From assembly GCA_964035545.1 (NCBI GenBank), contig OZ037765.1, positions 22,381,504-22,445,503 on the forward strand: DNA of 64,000 nucleotides. Direction: 5' to 3'. The DNA is from Bugula neritina (Eukaryota; Animalia; Bryozoa). This document shows positions 26,301-41,300 of the stretch, one piece after another (position 1 is the first letter of the stretch; every line of letters begins with the position of its first letter). Position numbers and translations under genes: made by a program. Below the pieces are notes generated by a model. The model had not been told where the DNA came from. It searched no databases and saw only the letters and a list, made by a program, of their open reading frames with translations.

Positions 26301-29300
26301 AATGCCAGCAATATGTCTCCTATAATTGCAATATTTATTTAATGTGACTGTTGTGTCCGAAGGGAGATAGTGTGGTGACCAATCCCCTGTATTAATATTA
26401 TGTTGAAGTGTTGGACAGGTTTTAATGGAGTTAGTGAGGGCTTGTTATCCCAGCATCACCTGCACCGAATTAATTCAAGTGTACAAACACCTTGTGTAGA
26501 GCTTGAAACTATAGTTTTTTAAGGGCTTCGGTCTGTTAAGTGGAGAAAATCTTGCGATTACAAATATTTAATGTAAGTTACAGAACTTGCTGTACAAACT
26601 TCAGATCATAGCTTACTAGATTGCTGTGAATAAACTCGCAGTTTTACTTTCTATAAGATGTTATCAAACATTTGAGGGTTTATAAATATATATTAAATGT
26701 GCTGAATGAGCTGCAATGTTATTAGATTGATTTACTTTGAAATTGATACCTACTTTTCCACATAATTTAGTTTAAGCAAATGGAACTTAAGGCCATGTAG
26801 CTAATTCAGGTGTCTCCAAGTGTTATATAATCTCAAGTAAACAAGCGCTAGAGAGGCTTGCACCAGTGACTGAATTCGGTCACCTCAAGGACTGTGTTTT
26901 ACCCACTGCAGTAGTGGATGAGCAGCTAGCTTAGCTTCTCCCAGGTGGAGCTGCATACTTGAGTCTGACCAGCAGCTGTCATTCATATTCAAGAGCTTAC
27001 TTAACTAGTTGCAAGTTTTCACCACCCTAAATACTCAACCTGCATGTCATGTGTAGCAAATTACGTGTTTGATAAGGCCAGTTGCTATTCCCGATATTCA
27101 TACTCACACTGTGAGGGTATTTGTAGTGAGTTATTTATACTTGGGGAGTCCATTCATTGATTTTCGTATTTTACAGCCATCAGGATCATTTCCTATGGTG
27201 TGCAGCTGCCTAGTACAACACTACGCAGCTTCCACTCTTTATTTTTGTCTGCCGATGTAGAAAATTGAATAGATTTTATTAGCAGCAAAGTAGTCTGCAT
27301 TGTATTGTTGCTCTGCATAATCAGATGAAAACAAAAGGCTTTATTATTTTCCAACTAATTGTTTCTTCAAATTACAAGAAAGGTGTAGAAAGCCGACTTA
27401 TTCCAATGAATATAGCTGCAGATTTGGCGGTTTTTTATAACTTTTATGACATTTTTAGACTTCAGCAGTGTCTAAAGATAGAAATATTGACGGTGTCCAG
27501 CCGAGGAGGGTTGGTGAACCGGAGACTTTCAGCAGCGTCAGGTCAATGAAGCATCGCAAAGCTGCCAAACAGCATCACTCAGCTGAAGGCAGCAAAGGCC
27601 CTTCTAGTGCTACTCCAACTCCATCAGCTACCTCTACCAAACCCCAAACACCATCCACCTCATTATTAGGTAATTCACCACTTGCTCTGTTACAGCTACC
27701 TGTATCAATATTATGAGCTGCTTGAAATAGTTGTGACGATTAACAAGACGTGTTACACATCTGATCTGCCGGAAACTGCACTTGAGATCTGAAGGAGGCA
27801 ATGAAAATTATCATAAGTTGATGACCCTTACATTTTCATGTTCCTTTATGACACTAACTGGTTGGGAAAATTTCTCACAGATAATTTTAGGAAATGAGAA
27901 ATGAGGAAATGTACAGTCCCAACTATATAGTGTGCTCCTCTGACTGTTGGATATTAAAAACTTTGTTTAGCAACTGGTATTTTATATTTTGGCACTTTAT
28001 ATTTAATAAACAGGCACTTGATATTGAATAGTTTCAGCTCAGCAACAGTTTAATGGATAGAAGCCACATAGGCTGCTATACTAGCTATATTTTAGTTAAT
28101 GGCAGAGTGTAGTTAATTTCACTGACAGTTATATGCAGCATTACTCTAATGGTTAGAGTTGTCAGTCTGTTATGTTGGGTTCTGTCTTACCTGCACAAGT
28201 TTTTCCATCTATTCTGGCTTCATATCCTGATCATTCCTAACCTCCTTGTCTTAAACCATGACTATGCCAATTGTCTCGGCTTCTATTATAAGTGATTGCA
28301 AAGGTTTTGTTCGTTCTCGTAAACCTGGGAGAGTTGAGGCTAAGTGTAGCTAAGCCTACCTGCTACTCACTCCGCCTATAAGTCCTATACCTATTGATGG
28401 TATGAAATGGTGACACTTTTGACTTAAATGACTCATGATACTCCTAGCAGAGCCAGTCATCTTCTCATAGTCTCTTCCTATCACACCCAACAATAGGTTT
28501 TACTCTTTTTTATCTCTGGACTACCAAAAGTATGTGGCAACATTGTTGACTATGTTGCTTTAGTTGCCGTTACCTTATTGCATTTATGACATTGTCTGGG
28601 CGAAACATATAAGATATTCTCAGATGAAAAGTGGATTTCCGAAATCAACTCTCCCTCCAATACAGCTGATAATAGTTTCTACTGTTCCCTTCACTAAAAT
28701 CGCATACATATTCACCTACATTAATCTTATTTTAGGAATATAAATCATCTAAACTATATTAATGATTATATTGTATTGACTAGGAATATTTGTTGAATTT
28801 TTACAGGTGGAGAGACTGCTAACCTAGCTTCAGGGTTGCCAGTCAACAGGAGGCTATCTATTCCAAACATTTCAAGCGGCCCCAAGCTGTCAGAACACAC
28901 GCCACTGGGCAGAACCTCCTCTGCTGCTACTGTGGGTAACTCGGCTGCTGCTATTGGCGGTGGTGGGGCAAATTTCTCTACATTTGTTTATCCACCTGCA
29001 ACACCTGCTGCCACTGCCCCTGCTGTCCCGCTAGATGCTAATGAGACAGATGAGCACAAGGTAAAGTTTACAGACCCCTGTAATAGTAGTGTCACAAATC
29101 CTTTAGTTTCTAGTGCCAATCCAGGGTATCTCGTGTTTGTTATTGTCACTAAGTCATGCATTTCTACTAAATTAATTACAAAATCAAACCTTTGAATGCC
29201 TTATCTCTCAACTTGGCAAACTTTGAAAGACAGCTTTGACACTTTTACCTTGTAATAGATTGATCATGTGTCTCTAAAGTCACTTAGTGAACAGTGCAAT

Positions 29301-32300
29301 GCATTCTGGCAGCCAGTGGGGCTGTTTGCTGGCAGCTATTGTAGTTACTAGGAGATATTCATGCTACTATCTCTGCTATAACCATACACAGTAGCTCTTG
29401 AAACTTATGAAGTGTTCTAATCTGGTTACTATCACATCTGCCTAATGCTGATAACTGATAAGTCATTGCTTACAGTCAAGTGATTGAGCTGTTGGAAATA
29501 GGATTAAAATTTCTTTTTGCTTCGATAAAAGATCTTTTGACATTATGCAAGCCATATGCAGTGCTTGTGCATGTACCTCATAATCGGGTCAAAGTGTGAT
29601 TTGGGTTGAGCTGCATTGTCTAAAGCTCCCTTGTCATTATTATTTTATTATTTCTATTCTACAAATTATGCTACTACTTACTACACTGCCTTGATTCTAC
29701 ACTGTCCAGGTGAAGTTAGTAAATTTCATATTCCCAGCGTAGTCAGTTCATTACTTAGTGCAGCAAGTCATCTAATTCAAGCAATATTCCCCCCTATGTT
29801 ACCTATGATAACTATTGACATGTCTCTACCTGTAGCTGATGTATTACAGATTGTGTAATTAGCACAAGATAATGGGATGGTTTTGTTATATATACAATAA
29901 TTATCTTATGTAAATTCTGTGGTGTATAGTAAGTTTAGTAGTGGAAGTGTTGCCTGTCTTATAAACATGTTTTATTTTAAGATTTAATAACTTGCTTTAA
30001 ATTTGTGAGAGATAGTGTTTACTGAGTTTGTGTAGTGGTATTATGTACCTTGATTGATGTAGGCCTACTAGAGTATAGTGTTATTATATACAGTGATATA
30101 CTAGAGTATAGTGTATTATATACAGTTGTATACTAGAGTATATGTAGTGTATTATATACAGTTATATACTAGGGTATAGTGTATTATACACAGTTATATA
30201 CTAGGGTATAGTGTATTATATACAGTTATATACTAGGGTATAGTGTATTATACACAGTTATATACTAGAGTATAGTGTATTGTATAAAGTTATATACTAG
30301 GGTATAGTGTATTATATACAGTGATATACTAGAGTATAGTGTATTATACACAGTTATATACTAGGCCAACTAGGGTATAGTGTATTATATACAGTGATGC
30401 TACTAATCACTCCCTGTCAACATTGTGTAAACTCAAGTGCTGCACTGTGTGCAAACACTTACCTGTCTGTCAAACTTCCAGCAAACCCTATTGTTTAATA
30501 CTGAACGAGCATCTGGTGAACATGAAGCATGTGTCATTTGCATATATGCATGAGCTTCTATTCCACTATGCAGATTGCTAAGAGCGAGCATGCCAAGAAG
30601 TCAATGGAGAAGTCGCCTACAGTGCGTAAAGGCTGGCTGCTGGTGCGCCAGGATGCCCAGAGCAATGTGTGGAGTAAACACTGGTTTGTTCTGAGTGGGT
30701 CTTCTCTGTCTTACTATAAGGATGCGAAGGCTGAAGACACCAACCAAATAGACGGTGTGATTGACGTAGGCAATGCATATGAGGTGTCCACCATAAAGGC
30801 AGAGCGAAATCATGGCTTTCGAATTAAGGTAGCAGAGACCTCCATGCTGTGTTATCTCACCTTATCAATTCTTATATCTGTGATGTCATTCATCCTTTAA
30901 AATTCATTGAACTTCGAGCTGTGCGAAGATTTTATTTGAGTATTGAACTGACATTAGTTGGGAGTTGTAGCACCTCTGCGGAAGTTTCGACTTCTGCTAA
31001 GAAATAATATCTATATGTTATATTAAATCCAAATAGGCTTATGGTTATGCTATTTTTCAAATAAAAATACAGGTTTGCGGCCTTTTATAGTTGATATGAC
31101 ATTAGAAACACAATTGATATTTTTAGTATATGCTAGTACATGAATTTCAACTATAAGATCAACTTGTTTGCAATCAGCTGCTTTGAATTGTTAGATTCTG
31201 GGTCAAGTATATGTAACTGTACTGTACTGTTCAGGCATGCTGTGTACCAAGTATTTGATGCTTTTATCTAGACTGTGTTCACTGTACGCTACTTTCAGAC
31301 AAAGGAGGGGGAGTATACTCTATCAGCCATGACTTCTGGTATCCGGAGAAACTGGATTGAGGCCGTGGAGAATATAATAACAGATATAAGAAGGGCCAAA
31401 GAAAAGTCAGCTCGCCAGGATATGGGTTTTGTTTACGAGTCACCTGTCCGCAGTCCCCGTGCTTTAAATGCTGCCGCAAGTGCTGCCCCTGCTGCCTTGA
31501 CTCCAGTAGTGCCCGATTCGTCTTCTAGAATCAACAATACATTGAGGTAAGCTTAAACTAGAAATGTTGGCAGTTTTATATCTGCCTGTTAAGCTCAGCA
31601 CTTGTTTGGGGGGATTGTTGCTGCTTCTGCATATTTCCTGTATGGTTATTACTGGTAGGGAAGGGGGCTATGCATGCTTTCATTGAAACTTAACTTTAAA
31701 ATCGAGATGATTTCCTCTGAGCAAGACAATAGAGTCTCTATGGATGGAATACAATCCCTTCCATAGAACAATGAATTAATTCTTTTATTTGTTCGTGAAT
31801 CTCAGTTTTCATTTAAATTGCTGCTTGAGTTTACTTTGAAATTCACACTATTGACCCACTCCTTAAGTCTGCTAACGTATGCACACTAGTCCAGTCACAA
31901 TGTATGTCACTATTTTTCTCAATGAAAGCGGCCAGCAAGTCTTGAATAAATAATTTTTTTGATTATAATTCAATTGCATTGCATTGTACATGTTACAAAT
32001 AGAATGGCCTGATGTGACTGCAGGTTAGCCAATGCTTTCAATGTTGCTAGTTATTCACCAACTCTAACAGACTCCTTACATACTGTGGAGTTACAGTAAG
32101 CAATAATGAATATCATATACTGTATGTTATGTGTTATTGTTTAGAGCTAAGCATGCTACCAGCAAGTCTAATAAGAAAAGGTATACGCACCCAACTTTGG
32201 TTCAAGTCTATATATAATCTTGCTTCCACCTCGTATAATTTTCGTTCAAATAATAATTATTTTTACTTTGCCTGGTTACTGTCTCATTCAGAATATTGTG

Positions 32301-35300
32301 GTATTTTATTTCTGCTGCTCTTTTCCAATTTTGTTGTTTTTTTTGTGTAGAACTTGTAATTGCAATTTTATTTGAAAGTCTCGCATCTGAAAATACTAAA
32401 TTTCTTTGCTAAGCTTTAATGGTTTTCAAAAACTGTGAATTTTGCAAAGGAGCTACATAATGATTGTCATTTGCTATTATTGCATAGCTACTAATGTATA
32501 CATTTTATGCATAATGTATACCAACATATGAAGCGCATTGCACAGTAATGGCTTTACTAACACTCTAACTAATACTCTCTTGTGTACAGTACCAGTATAT
32601 TATATTGTCTACTTGCACTGTGTTACTGACAGATAAATGATACCGAAGTTTATAGCATTAGAACAGTGTCTGTCTGTTTGGCTCATACATTAGCAGCCTA
32701 TTCTCATGTTTAAAGGGAAATTGCTGAAAAGAGAAGAGAGACTGGAGATGATAGACCACTAGAGGACTTGTATGAAGTCGTAGCTCCACACAGTAGGACT
32801 AACTCGACGTGCAGTGATACTGAACGAGAGGTGAGTATATGTTAATATTGCTTTAGATCCATGCTAAGAATTTCACCCTATTTACTGCCTGAAAAACTGC
32901 ATGTCTTTTCTCACTTCTTTACCTCTGCCAAGTGTCTTGTTGGGGTTGTACTTGTATATGCCTTGTTATTGTCCCACTGCTGCTGTTTATTTACATTTGA
33001 GGTTGCTGTAGCTTACATAGAGGGTTATGTAAAGCTAATGTAAACAGTTTGATATTTTCGTTCTAGGTTTCGTCTTTGACATCAAAACTTGACAGTGTCA
33101 CTGCTGAAGCAGCGCAGCCATCTAAATCTCCCACTGCGTTTGTCTCTCCCAGTCAAAGGATTAAAGAGAAAAGTAGAGCCAAAACACCACCGAGGAGCCG
33201 TTCTCCCCCTCCACCAAGTCCTCTGTACTCTACAGGGTCAGTAGGCTATCACCAGTCACACATGTACTTGCTACTGTCTCTTGAGTTGTGTTTAAGAAAT
33301 CTGTGAGCACTAAGATTGTAGCTTCACAGAAACCAGCTTTACTATCCACAAGTTAGATTTTTTCTTTCTTAAAAGTCTTGGAAGAAATGGCTGCTTTCAG
33401 CACTTTTATTGTTCATAGGTTCCACATTTGAAACTCTTTGAAATACATACTAGTAGAAAACAACATCATCAATAATATATTTGCATATTATTATGACATT
33501 TTCTTGTCAAATTTTGAAGACTTGTTGCCTAGAGTGTTGAAGGCATATCCTAACAATAGCGTGCATTTTATTCACACCCCTGTTTGTTTCAAGGTTGTAG
33601 ATTGGAATACTTGTATTAGCTTATATTATTTTCTAAACAATAACATTTCAACACTTTTGTTCTCATTTCATTGTCTGTTGTCTATCTACTACTTCATCTT
33701 ACTCCTATAAGTAACACTCCTACTGGAAATATTTCTAATAGTGATACTGTGGGTTTGAGGGCATAGTTTAGTTGGTTTGTGTGGAAACAAGATTATTGTT
33801 TGAAATTCTTTATTCTATTCAGAATGTGATTTCTCATCTTTTCTTGAAACTTAGTGATTAAATGCTCTGCTATTATTAATGCCTACATGTTGAAGAGCTT
33901 CATAATTGATTCTATGTTGGCAAGAGTTTTGCAAACAGTAATTTATATGGTGTGCCACACTGTGCCATCAATATGGTGACACTGATATGAATTTACGTGG
34001 AAATGAGTATCTCTTAGACTGAATATTGCTACCAAAACTGGAAGCATACCCTAGTTATTAGCTTTTATTTCATTGGATGTTAGCATGATTTTATTTATTA
34101 GCCAAGAAAATATTATGTTTATATGAATACTAGAAGGTAATTGTTGGGTATCTTCTCTTTTTGCAATAACATTGGCTGTTCATTTTTTGCTTTATGTTGG
34201 CAACTAAATTTTTAACTTTGATGATGGCATGATGGTATTTTTATAGTCGTAAATTAATGTGTTTTTCTTATTCAATGTTTTAATTTAATTTTTATAAATT
34301 TCTTATTTCTCCTTGAGTATAAATTATATTACAGAATGTTATTTAATGTTCATCAACAAATCATATGTAATATATGTCAGTCTTGCTGTGGTTTTACTAA
34401 AATGATATACCTTTAAGCCTTCAAAAGACTTTATTACAGTTACTGTATATATGTGTTTATATTTTCTCTGTTTTCGAACGAGAATTTGCCTTGAGTTTTC
34501 TTGCTTTGTAAAACCAATTCATGAAAGTTCTTACTTTGGAGTTAGCTTCTCTGCTTTTTTCCAGAACACAGCCAATGAATATTGCGTTATTTTTGCTTTT
34601 ACTACTTCCAAGTTGTCGATCCGTTTGAAATACTTTTTTAAATATCTATTTTTATAATAATTTTATTGATTCATGAAAACAACTATTGCATTAAATTTGC
34701 AACAAAGTTCTATAGACTGTCACTGTTTTGTCACTATTCTTTCTCTTCGTGCTTTTTGGTTTCATTTTCTTCTACACAGTTTTGTATAAGTTTTTTTTGT
34801 TTCAGGTCCCAACTTGGGACATCTGTAAAGAATCCTCACCATGCAGAAAGGTCTCTGCTATTGCCAACAGGAAACAGTAGTGATGAGAATGATGAAAGTC
34901 TCAATGCCAAGCTCCTGGAGTCTCAAAAGCAGGTTTGCTGAAATAGTAATAGTATTTTCACCGAGTAGAGTCATTGTAGTGTGTTGCCACACCCTGAAAG
35001 TCATGACCTCCAGTCGTGACTAGTGCATGCATCGATTGCCAAGTATTTCCAGTTGGGTTACAAGTCAAGGTTAAAACAACACCTTGGAAGTATGCTTGTA
35101 TCCAATTGTTTTTCTCGTGGCTTGAGAATTCTTATTACATTTTATTATGATTTTTTTTCTTGTTTCTTTGACTTCCTAAACAAAGATTCCCTTACTTTTT
35201 AGAGTTATGTTTCAACTTGATGTGTTCATTTTTTAAAGTTATTTCTGATTATTACTGCTGAGCCCCATGACGTGCGTGTGTGTGCGTGCGTGTGTGTGTG

Positions 35301-38300
35301 TGTACATGTCATGGGCTCAGTTGCATATTAAGAGTTATCTTCTTTTGCTAGTGCTACAACTCCTTATTAGCTGTTCCCTGCATTATATTAATCTAATACC
35401 ACGCCTGTTCTTGTTAGTGCTAGTATTATAGATGTGTTGTGTTTCTATGTACGCTAGGTCCAGCATTTACAACAGCAAGTGCAAGATGTTAATAGCTTGG
35501 TAAGAAAACAACGAGTAGAAATTGAAAGTTTGCAGACTAAGTTAGATCTTACTACTTCTCAGTTACGAGACATGGAAACGGCCTTGACTCATTCAGCTCA
35601 AAATCTCAACAAGGTACTGCGAAAGGGCTTGGACTATAGTAATTTTATATGCAGCTAGATATGTTATATTGGCTTAATTGAACCCTTCCTGCCAGTGTGT
35701 TTCTTTTTCAGTTGTTGGTGTCTATAATATCGTCTTTAGGTCTTGGGGGGAATTGCTTATATTAAGTTTATTTTATTTTTGCCTTTCTGTTAGCTTCTCA
35801 TGTCTTTATTTTAACCTTATTTAGGAAAGAAAGAATGTCTCTCGGCTGAATGAAGCTTTAGAAACTTTGAAAAAAGGGCATTCCCAGTCGAGTGAATATC
35901 AAAAGAAATGTGTTGTTTTGGAAAAGCAGCTGCAGGATGCCACCCTCAAACTCTCCACACAAGATGTTAAGGTACTTGAGCTAATGTTCTAATCTATATT
36001 CTTTTTAAATTAATATATATTTGTTTAATTTTAAGCAATATTTTGATGGGTGCCATTTTGGAAATAACCAAAAAAGTTTTTACCAAAACATGTCAATATA
36101 AAACTTACACTTTTGAGGCTATAAAAAGCTTTACACGTTTTTATGTGAAATGTTTGATGTAATATTTGTAAATTTATCATACATTCAGATGGTGAAAGAG
36201 CTGGAAGATCAGCTACAAATACGAACATCAAAGTTGGCGACTCTAGAAAAGGTGTTGAACAACACAAGACGACACTTACAGGATGCGGTGGAGAACTCGA
36301 GAGAGACAGAGCTACATTATCAAACAAAGATGGAGGAGATAGAGCAAGAGTTTGATGAGGAGCGAGTGGAACTCCAAGAAAAACTGCAGCAGGTCAGTTT
36401 CATGACATTTACGCTGACTTTCCCACATACCTTTACATTAATTGACAAGTTTACGGCATTACTTTGCATTGTTTTACCTCTACACTGACCTAGATATTTA
36501 TCCTTATATTTACTCGCATGCCCACCTTTATAAGACATATTTTTACTAGCTCAAGTCATGTGGTACATTGCTTGCAGCATCTCCTGTTTGTGTAAAATAA
36601 AAGCAACCTTTTGTGGCTAAACTCACTATGTTTATGTAGATGGAAGACAAGCTAAGCACACTCATCACTGACTCCAGCAACACCATAAACTCAGAGGTGA
36701 GTGGCCAACTCATCAAGGAAAAGACTCAGTCGGTGCAAAGGTTGGAGCAACTGGTAAAAGAGCAGAAGGGGAAGATTGACCAGCTTACTGGAGAAAATGC
36801 TGCCTCTCAGCAGCAACTGGAAGAGTTACAGGTAGGCATCGCCCGTGTCTATGTTGATGTACCTGGATTGCTATACCTGGATTGTAAACAGTACTAACTT
36901 TTACATCCAACTCAGCTGAGGTGATGTTTTTATACTATTCTTAAGTTTTTGTGCGAGCAGGGAGCTATTTCCCTGTACATGTACTTTCTTAGTAAGTTGA
37001 TAACTTTATGTTTAGTGTTACAAAGACCGACTTGCTGTTAGTCAAAACCAGTTGAACAATGCCAACCAGGAATACTCTGCGTTACACAGTAGACTTCAGG
37101 CTGCAGAAGACACCCTTCAGTCTCTGCAAACAGAACTCAGCACCAAGAATGCTGAACTATCTGTTAAATGTCAGGAGAATGCCAGTCTTCTGCAGTCACT
37201 AGAGGAGCTGCAGGACAAGTGCCAATACGGAGAGGTTGTGCTACTCTAGTTCTCATATTCATATTCCTGTGTCTTTCCAATGTGTGCTGTTGATAATTAC
37301 ATATTATATGAAACTCAATTTGATGTTGTTTTTAAAGCTTATATGTAAATCTGTACATTTAATTTGATTTTGTTTTACAGTGAAATTAAATTGGCAAGAT
37401 TTAATTTAAATATTTTTTATTTGCCATTAAGCACCTACATTGTCCAAAATTAAATTGACCAGATTTTAATTTTTTATCGATCAATTATATGCATGGCAAA
37501 GCTGTAATATTTTAGGCCGGGCAGATAGTTAGCAGTGACGTAACGAAGCAGTATGAAAATGAGCGTGAAATGTTGCGAGAAGAGTTAGAGTCAGTTACTG
37601 CAGAGCTGAACGCTGCACTGGAAGCAAGCAGAGGTGAAGTGGAGTCACTGCGGGACTCGTACGAAGCCGTCACAACAGACTTGCAGGAGAGTGAAGAACA
37701 TGTCTTGTCTTTGCAGAAAATTTGTAAAAATCTGGAACAGGAGCTGAAGCGCATTCAATCTTCAGTTGCGCCTGCATCCGCTCCTGGACCCTCATCATCC
37801 ACCCCTGGACCCTCATCTCATTTAGTTCAAGGTGCGAAACTACACTATCATGAAGCGCTACCTTACAGTTCTTTTGTTTTGGCTGTTATGTTTTGGAGTT
37901 GTCTTTCTAAAATCTAAATTGACTTTATAGTGCACATGTAGGAAGTTTACATTAACTGCTAGCCTTGTATTAAATATTTCAGAGTATGCTCTTCATTGGC
38001 ATGGCTTAGTATAGTGATTGCACCTACTACTTGAATTTCATTTTCATATGCCTGAATTGTTATATATTTTGCCGATGGTTTTAAAGTGTGCCTAAGTATG
38101 TAGCATTGCATGTTTTTATCTATAGGTGGCTACACTGTTAATCAAGTAGTAGACATGATGGGCGCTGTATGCCGTTCCACTGAAAGAATGGTAGAATCAG
38201 CTGTAGCCATGCTGGCTGGGGAAATGATCGAAACTGATATAAAGGCATCCATAAACTTCAACCAAGATCAGCGAACGTCTTTAGGCAACAAGACTGTCGA

Positions 38301-41300
38301 GCAGCTCGTTAAAAAGCTCTCTGGTGTCCGCCAGCGTCTGAATTATATCGTCAAGAATTCTGTCAGCAAGAAAAGCTTAGAACATATTCAAAAGGAAAAA
38401 GAATCTCTGCAGCAGCAGTTATCTACATTAGAAGTCAGCGCTGGTACCGGGGCAGCGCCACAGGTGGAGGGTTCTGCCAACACTGACTTGTCTTCCAAAC
38501 TAATAACCGCCATGTTGGATCACTGCAGGACCGAGATACTGTGCCTATCCAGTGATATCACCAGATTAGACATATCACACGTTGAAACTAAACTTCACAG
38601 TTTGAACAAAGCCTTACAAAACCTTGATCAAGAAAATAATGCTCAACATTTCAGCAATGACTCATCCTTAACAAGCTATTGTAATAGTTTAGCTATTCAA
38701 GCGGCAGCCATGTTTGAATTGGCTCGATCTGTCGCCTCCGGCGTCGACTTATCTCAGGTGCTAGCGTCAGTTGAGAACTGTTTCTCATCTGCCTCAGGAA
38801 TGGTAACTAGTATTGAAGATTTATCACTTCGGAATTATGCTCTCCTGTTAGCTGAGAAATTACTGATCTCATACGAAATAAATCACTTGATTGACGCCGG
38901 AGAGTGGAAGGAAGTGAATAAAAGCATCTCGAATGACAACCTCACTGATAAATCAATGGTTGCAGAAGCCCTCCAGAGAATTAACTTATTTACCTCATCT
39001 CACGGCCAGCCTGTGGCCAACTCCTGTTTGAACGTGTGTCTTAGCAGTATACTACATCACCGACACAGTGAAAGACCTTCTCTAGAGGTGCTCAGAAGTG
39101 AGACGACTCTCCTCCATAAACTGTGTTCAGATGTCGATCAATCGTTGACTACGTGTCTGAGAGAATACTGCTCGATGTACACATCAGATCTGGTGAACTT
39201 TGGTACGTTAGATATAGGAGAAGTTGACGGTCTGCTCACTAGCACTACTAGCTTATTGCGTAAACAAATCAAAAATCTTGTCTGCCAAGGATATGTATCT
39301 GACCTCTCGACTACATGGCTATACGAACAGCTGTGCACAGCTTGTAATAGGATGAGAGGTCTAGATGCCAAAGGTTGGTAACTTTATATATTGGTTCTCA
39401 TCTAATGCTTTTCTCTTTAAACTGATTGGACAACAAACATGTTGAGTGATGACTTTCAGCACTTGTTTGAAGAAAGTTGTTTTATAAAGAAAAATCTTAT
39501 AATTTTGGTTTCATAAAAAAATATGATGGAGCAAAATTCTGTGATCAAATCACAGTTTGCTTTTTACACTGACTTGGGTGTTGTGTAGTTACATACTTAT
39601 CTCTCTTTAAATCTCTTTGACTTGCATTCATGTCATCCCATAAAGTTCTTCTTCAAATACAGCAAATATTTATACAACATTTCTAGTTACATATAATTGA
39701 AAGCTGATTAAGAAGTATTCTAAATGAAACATATTTTCACTAGCTTTACTTGGACTCTTGTTTACTAGTCATGGTAGCTGCAGACATAAAACTCTACCCT
39801 ATGTCATTCATTTGCAGACATGCCCAGTGACCTGCTGGATATTGTTCTGAGGCTGAGCATGCTGGAAAGTAAGTTTGACATCACTTCCTCTTTGGTTACA
39901 AAGCGGGAGACTTCTACTCTCTCGCAGTCACTGGTGAGCGAAGCTTGCAAACTGGCCGGGCTGTCACATGAGTTGGCTAGAAGAACGGCATCTCCCGATT
40001 CCACTGAAGCTCGCATTGTGTCAATGGCGCACAGACTAGAACAGATTGACCGCTGTCTTCATACATTCAGTGGCCATTATGGCGACACTGTTCAGCAGGT
40101 ACCTGCATTTACTTAGAAAGTGTATACAAGTCCAGCGACATGCGTGCTGGTGCTTGCTATGTGTCCTGGGCTAAACAATGACACTGTAGTGTGGGTCACT
40201 TTCGGTGTACTTCTTGAGAATTTTTGATTGGCTTAGAGAATTCTCCATAACTGACAGCAATTTTAAAAGGAACCTCTTCATCATATAGGCTCACTGTTTA
40301 CAATGGCTTTTTAATTAGAAAATTATAAAATTGGGGTTCAATTTTATGTTTTCTAAATAAGGATAATTTTAATTAAATATTTTTTGCTATGAATATGTTT
40401 CTTGATCATTTTAAGCCTCGCTATAATATATTTCACAGGTGATGAGAGAAGTAGTGTATAGCCTACAACTGTCGGTGCTGAAGCATCAGTTTCTCAAAGG
40501 GCAGCTTCCAATGAGCTCAACAGAGCAATCTCTGACCCATCAAGTGGAACAACTCAAACTCCAGCTTACACTTGCTAATCAGAGGAGTAAACAGGTATTA
40601 TCTTTATACCGGTTCCACTTAATCATATCTGCACTGTTTGTTGAATCCCGTTCAAAAGTGAGGTTATTTTTACAATTTTTCTATTATTTACATGCGATTG
40701 GGCGATACACTTATTGGCATTAGATTTTATAATTCATTATTAATATGTTAATGCTTATAAATTATTGATTATGAATCATTAGCTTATTTTGAAATATTAC
40801 TTTGTCCTGTGGGTCACAGCTGGTTTCCGATTCTGGTTATATAAACAACGGAAATTAAGTTTAGATGTGATTGAGATGTTTACCAATACTAAATTTTTTA
40901 TTCAATTCTTTAAAAAGCAGCAAAAATGTTCGATGACTGCTCAAAACATGTATTTACTCAATAGAATCAGAGTAACCAATATTTGAGTTGTAATAAGGCT
41001 GTAACGCTCTGTGTGTAGCTCGTAAATGTGGAGCAGCACGAGAAAACTGTAGAGGCCCTGCATGACGAGATGTCCATGTTGAAAGTGGAGCATTCGGCTG
41101 AGCTGGACGAGAGCAAGAAGGACATGAGGATGGTGTTGAAGTCGGTGAAGGCGGAGGAGTATCGTCTAGCCACCGAGCTCACTGAACAGATCTCCCAGCT
41201 CAAAGATCAGCTCTCTGAACAGAAACTCAACTATGAGGTCATTTTATTTTATATAACTCGGTATAGTTTTGCTTCTAGAAGTCAATTACATTTGGTTCAT

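Noticed and set aside
30066-30398. 32-bp repeats resembling a CRISPR array
   Set aside because: Units are head-to-tail with no unique spacers, there are no cas genes, and the context is a eukaryotic intron.
20447-30573. Nested gene in MPRIP/outspread introns, as with Adh in Drosophila outspread
   Set aside because: No recognisable coding exons on either strand beyond those of the host gene.
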